A program made the translations under genes and the position numbers. Of a stretch of 64,000 bases of DNA, positions 61,743 to 64,000 are shown piece after piece. The number at the start of each line of letters is the position of its first letter. Position 1 is the stretch's first letter. Origin of the DNA: Myxococcota bacterium (GTDB lineage Bacteria > Myxococcota_A > SURF-8); assembly GCA_963674735.2 (NCBI GenBank), contig CAXXQS010000001.1:832001-896000 (forward strand), given 5' to 3'. The notes beneath the pieces are model-generated. The model had not been told where the DNA came from and did no database searches. It was given only the letters and a program-made list of their open reading frames with translations.

Positions 61743-62750
61743 ATGCAAGCCGAAATGAAACGGGCGGTGCTCGATGCCGTGGCGCGTTCGCCGTTTTCGG
61801 TGCGCAAGACTCTGCATGATCTCGATGTGCCGCCATCAACCTATTACCGTTGGAAGAAGGCCTATGCGTCGAGTGGTGAAGCGGCGCTTGTGGACAAGAG
61901 CCCGTACAGGGGCCGGGTGTGGAACCAACTGCTCGATGTCGAGCGATCGGAGATTTTGCGTCTGGCGGCCGAGTTCCCGGAGAAGTCCTCGCGGGAACTG
62001 GCCGTGCATCTCACGGATCACGGCGCCTTCGCCGTATCCGAGTCGACGGTCTATCGTGCGCTCAAACGAGCCGGGCTGGTCTTTCCGCGTCCGGTGAAAA
62101 CCTTTCCGGCGTCAGCGGAGTACCGCTACAAGCCGAAGCGGGTCAACGAGCAGTGGCAGACCGACGCCAGTTATTTCAAGGCCGTATCCTGGGGCTGGTA
62201 TTACCTGATTTCGGTTTTGGACGACAACAGCCGCAAGATCCTGGCCTGGCGGCTGCAGCCCACCATGCGGGCGCCGGATTTCTCCGAGGTGATCGAGGCG
62301 GCCTGCGAGTTTGCCGGTGTGAGCGACATGCCGGACGATATGAAACCGCGCATCCTGTCGGATCGCGGCAGCGCGCTCATCAGCGGCGAACTGGCGGAAT
62401 ACCTGGATATCAAAGGCATTCACCACATTTTCGCCGCCCCGTACCACCCACAGACCAACGGCAAGATCGAGCGCTATCACCGCAGCCTGAAAGAGCGTGT
62501 GAATCAGAACGTGCACGAAACGCCGATTCAGATCGAAAGCGAGATCCGGGCCTTCATCGACTGGTACAACAGCCGCCGTTACCACGAAGCCCTTGGCAAC
62601 GTCACGCCGGATGACGTATACTTTGGCAGAAAGGAGGCAATCCTAAAAAGACGAGCCGAATTGCAGCGAAGAACCCTTGAAAACCGAAAGATCAGGAACC
62701 TAAACCACCCGGACAGGAACGAACAACAAATGGCTCAACCTCTCCCTTAA
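61743..62750 (+). CDS. IS3-family transposase OrfB (rve integrase core)
   Basis: WQTD, LSDRGS and HPQTNGKIERYH. Confidence 0.9.
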   Translation: MQAEMKRAVLDAVARSPFSVRKTLHDLDVPPSTYYRWKKAYASSGEAALVDKSPYRGRVWNQLLDVERSEILRLAAEFPEKSSRELAVHLTDHGAFAVSESTVYRALKRAGLVFPRPVKTFPASAEYRYKPKRVNEQWQTDASYFKAVSWGWYYLISVLDDNSRKILAWRLQPTMRAPDFSEVIEAACEFAGVSDMPDDMKPRILSDRGSALISGELAEYLDIKGIHHIFAAPYHPQTNGKIERYHRSLKERVNQNVHETPIQIESEIRAFIDWYNSRRYHEALGNVTPDDVYFGRKEAILKRRAELQRRTLENRKIRNLNHPDRNEQQMAQPLP

Positions 62751-63037
62751 TTCTCCCTAACCAACTATCCCAAACTCGCTGACGGTGGACATGTTGAGTT
62801 GTTGAAGGAGGCCAGTTCGTAGGGAACCGCAAAGTTCCCAGAAATGGCCAAAGGTCGTCTTCTCGGTATAATGGAAGTGCTCAAACAACCACATTTCGAA
62901 AGGAAAGGGTCATGACCGCCACAGAAACACCCCATGAAGTCGGTTGATTGTCAAAGCCAAAGGGAATCCATCGTTTTTGAATCAGTTTTACATGCATGGC
63001 AAAAATAACTTCAATATTTGAAAATCAAAAAATTACC

Positions 63038-63066
63038 TTGACAAATAACCGAAAACGCCTTAAAAA
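63038..63066 (+). promoter_or_regulatory. Putative sigma70 promoter of tRNA-Asn
   Basis: TTGACA-N17-TAAAAA with an AT-rich upstream element. Confidence 0.55.
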
Positions 63067-63126
63067 GGCTGCCCTATGTTGGGATTGTTGATCGTCTCAA
63101 ATTGGTTGATCTTTTCAAAATCCTAT

Positions 63127-63202
63127 TCCCCAGTAGCTCAATCGGTAGAGCGGGTGGCTGTTAACCACTAGGTCGGCGGTTCGAGTCCGTCCTGGGGAGC
63201 CA
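63127..63202 (+). tRNA. tRNA-Asn(GTT)
   Basis: TCCCCAG/CTGGGGA acceptor stem, TAGCTCAATCGGTAGAGC D-arm, CTGTTAA anticodon loop, GGTTCGAGTCC T-arm, encoded CCA. Confidence 0.97.
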
Positions 63203-64000
63203 GTCCTTACAGTCCGACGCACCATCGTTAACCAGTGCGTCGGGCTTTTTCGTTTTATGCTCTGATTCCACTGGGTTGGCGTGTTCGTACAAATGGACCC
63301 GCATCGTGCCCTTGTTCTTGTCCTTTTCGTCCCAATGCCACTCGATGAGCTCAATGTACTGCTGGAGGATGGCTCGGAGACGCTTCCACTTACCCTGCTT
63401 GACCAGGCCATCAACGATGTCCGGAACGTTCTTGTAAGACTCCGTGATGACCTCCGCCGAGAGAAGTTTCTCCTCGGTGGCCACCTTCTTCTCCTGCAAT
63501 CTCTCCAACTCGGCCTTCTGCTGTTTCTCGTCCTCGGATAAGTCGCGCAGTCGATCCCTGAGCGGCCCCACATCGGCGCCATTCTCTATGGCCTGGACAA
63601 TGGGAGTAATCTTGGCTTTGATGTCCTGGAGAGCCTTTCTCGTGCGGCTGATGTCCCTGTCCAGGGTCTTCAGGGTCTTGCTGCGAAGCTTGTTGGCCTT
63701 CTTGACCACACGCTGCATCTCTTCTTCGTCCAGCACCGCTTGCTTCAGGAGATCGATGACGAACTCTTCGGCGGCAATGGCGGGAACATACCGGGCATCG
63801 CAGTCGTACCCGGCGGAGACGTTCTGCTTGGTGCAGTTGTAGTAGTGGTGCAGGCCGTTACGACCGGTGCTGGACCGCGGGGTCATCATCGAGCCACATT
63901 GGCCGCAGCGTATCAACCCCTGGAGAAGATACTCGTGCTTTCGCTCTTCCGGTGCGATGGGCGGTCGGAGACGATTCTTGCCGAGGATGTCCTGAACCTG
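63161..64000 (-). CDS. Large serine recombinase/integrase (C-terminal part; continues beyond the window)
   Basis: YLLQGLIRCGQCGSMM..YYNC zinc ribbon and coiled coil. The C-terminus WLPRTDSNRRPSG* is encoded antisense to the tRNA. Confidence 0.88.
   Translation of the reverse strand, partial: QVQDILGKNRLRPPIAPEERKHEYLLQGLIRCGQCGSMMTPRSSTGRNGLHHYYNCTKQNVSAGYDCDARYVPAIAAEEFVIDLLKQAVLDEEEMQRVVKKANKLRSKTLKTLDRDISRTRKALQDIKAKITPIVQAIENGADVGPLRDRLRDLSEDEKQQKAELERLQEKKVATEEKLLSAEVITESYKNVPDIVDGLVKQGKWKRLRAILQQYIELIEWHWDEKDKNKGTMRVHLYEHANPVESEHKTKKPDALVNDGASDCKDWLPRTDSNRRPSG

Larger units (their letters stand above)
61313..62791 (+). mobile_element. IS3-family element (left end not located)
   Basis: orfA/orfB pair, A7G slippery site at 61705-61712, candidate right end ...GACGGTGGACA. 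Confidence 0.75.

Overview
GC-rich bacterial DNA, probably from an anaerobic or microaerobic Myxococcota/deltaproteobacterium. This is an inference from a MYXO-CTERM-like sorting signal, many Cys-rich and DGD-repeat lipoproteins, an HcpR-like regulon, yedF-selD and a glycyl radical enzyme. Housekeeping and metabolic genes include yedF-selD, perR-katA, a HelD/UvrD-like ATPase, an RlmL-like methylase, a radical SAM enzyme, tatD-tcdA, a WalJ-like hydrolase, a tripartite RND pump with TetR, gltB and tRNA-Asn. Mobile DNA includes a REP-targeted IS4 element with a 10-bp TSD, an ISAs1-family element, an IS3-family element and a large serine recombinase whose C-terminus reads into tRNA-Asn. The most notable observations: (1) one uninterrupted ORF fusing a glycyl-radical activating enzyme to a GCVEP-type glycyl radical enzyme; (2) a ~300-bp intergenic mosaic of short pieces resembling phage tail sheath and tail tube genes, joined at microhomology; (3) two lipoprotein loci bracketed by a duplicate of the upstream gene's 3' end plus terminator, one being a shuffled ABAB array of DUF1566 lipoproteins; (4) a 3beta-HSD-like SDR coupled to a steroid 5alpha-reductase; (5) a DGD-repeat acidic linker shared by many unrelated exported proteins. 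All family calls come from motif recognition by eye; no database search was run.
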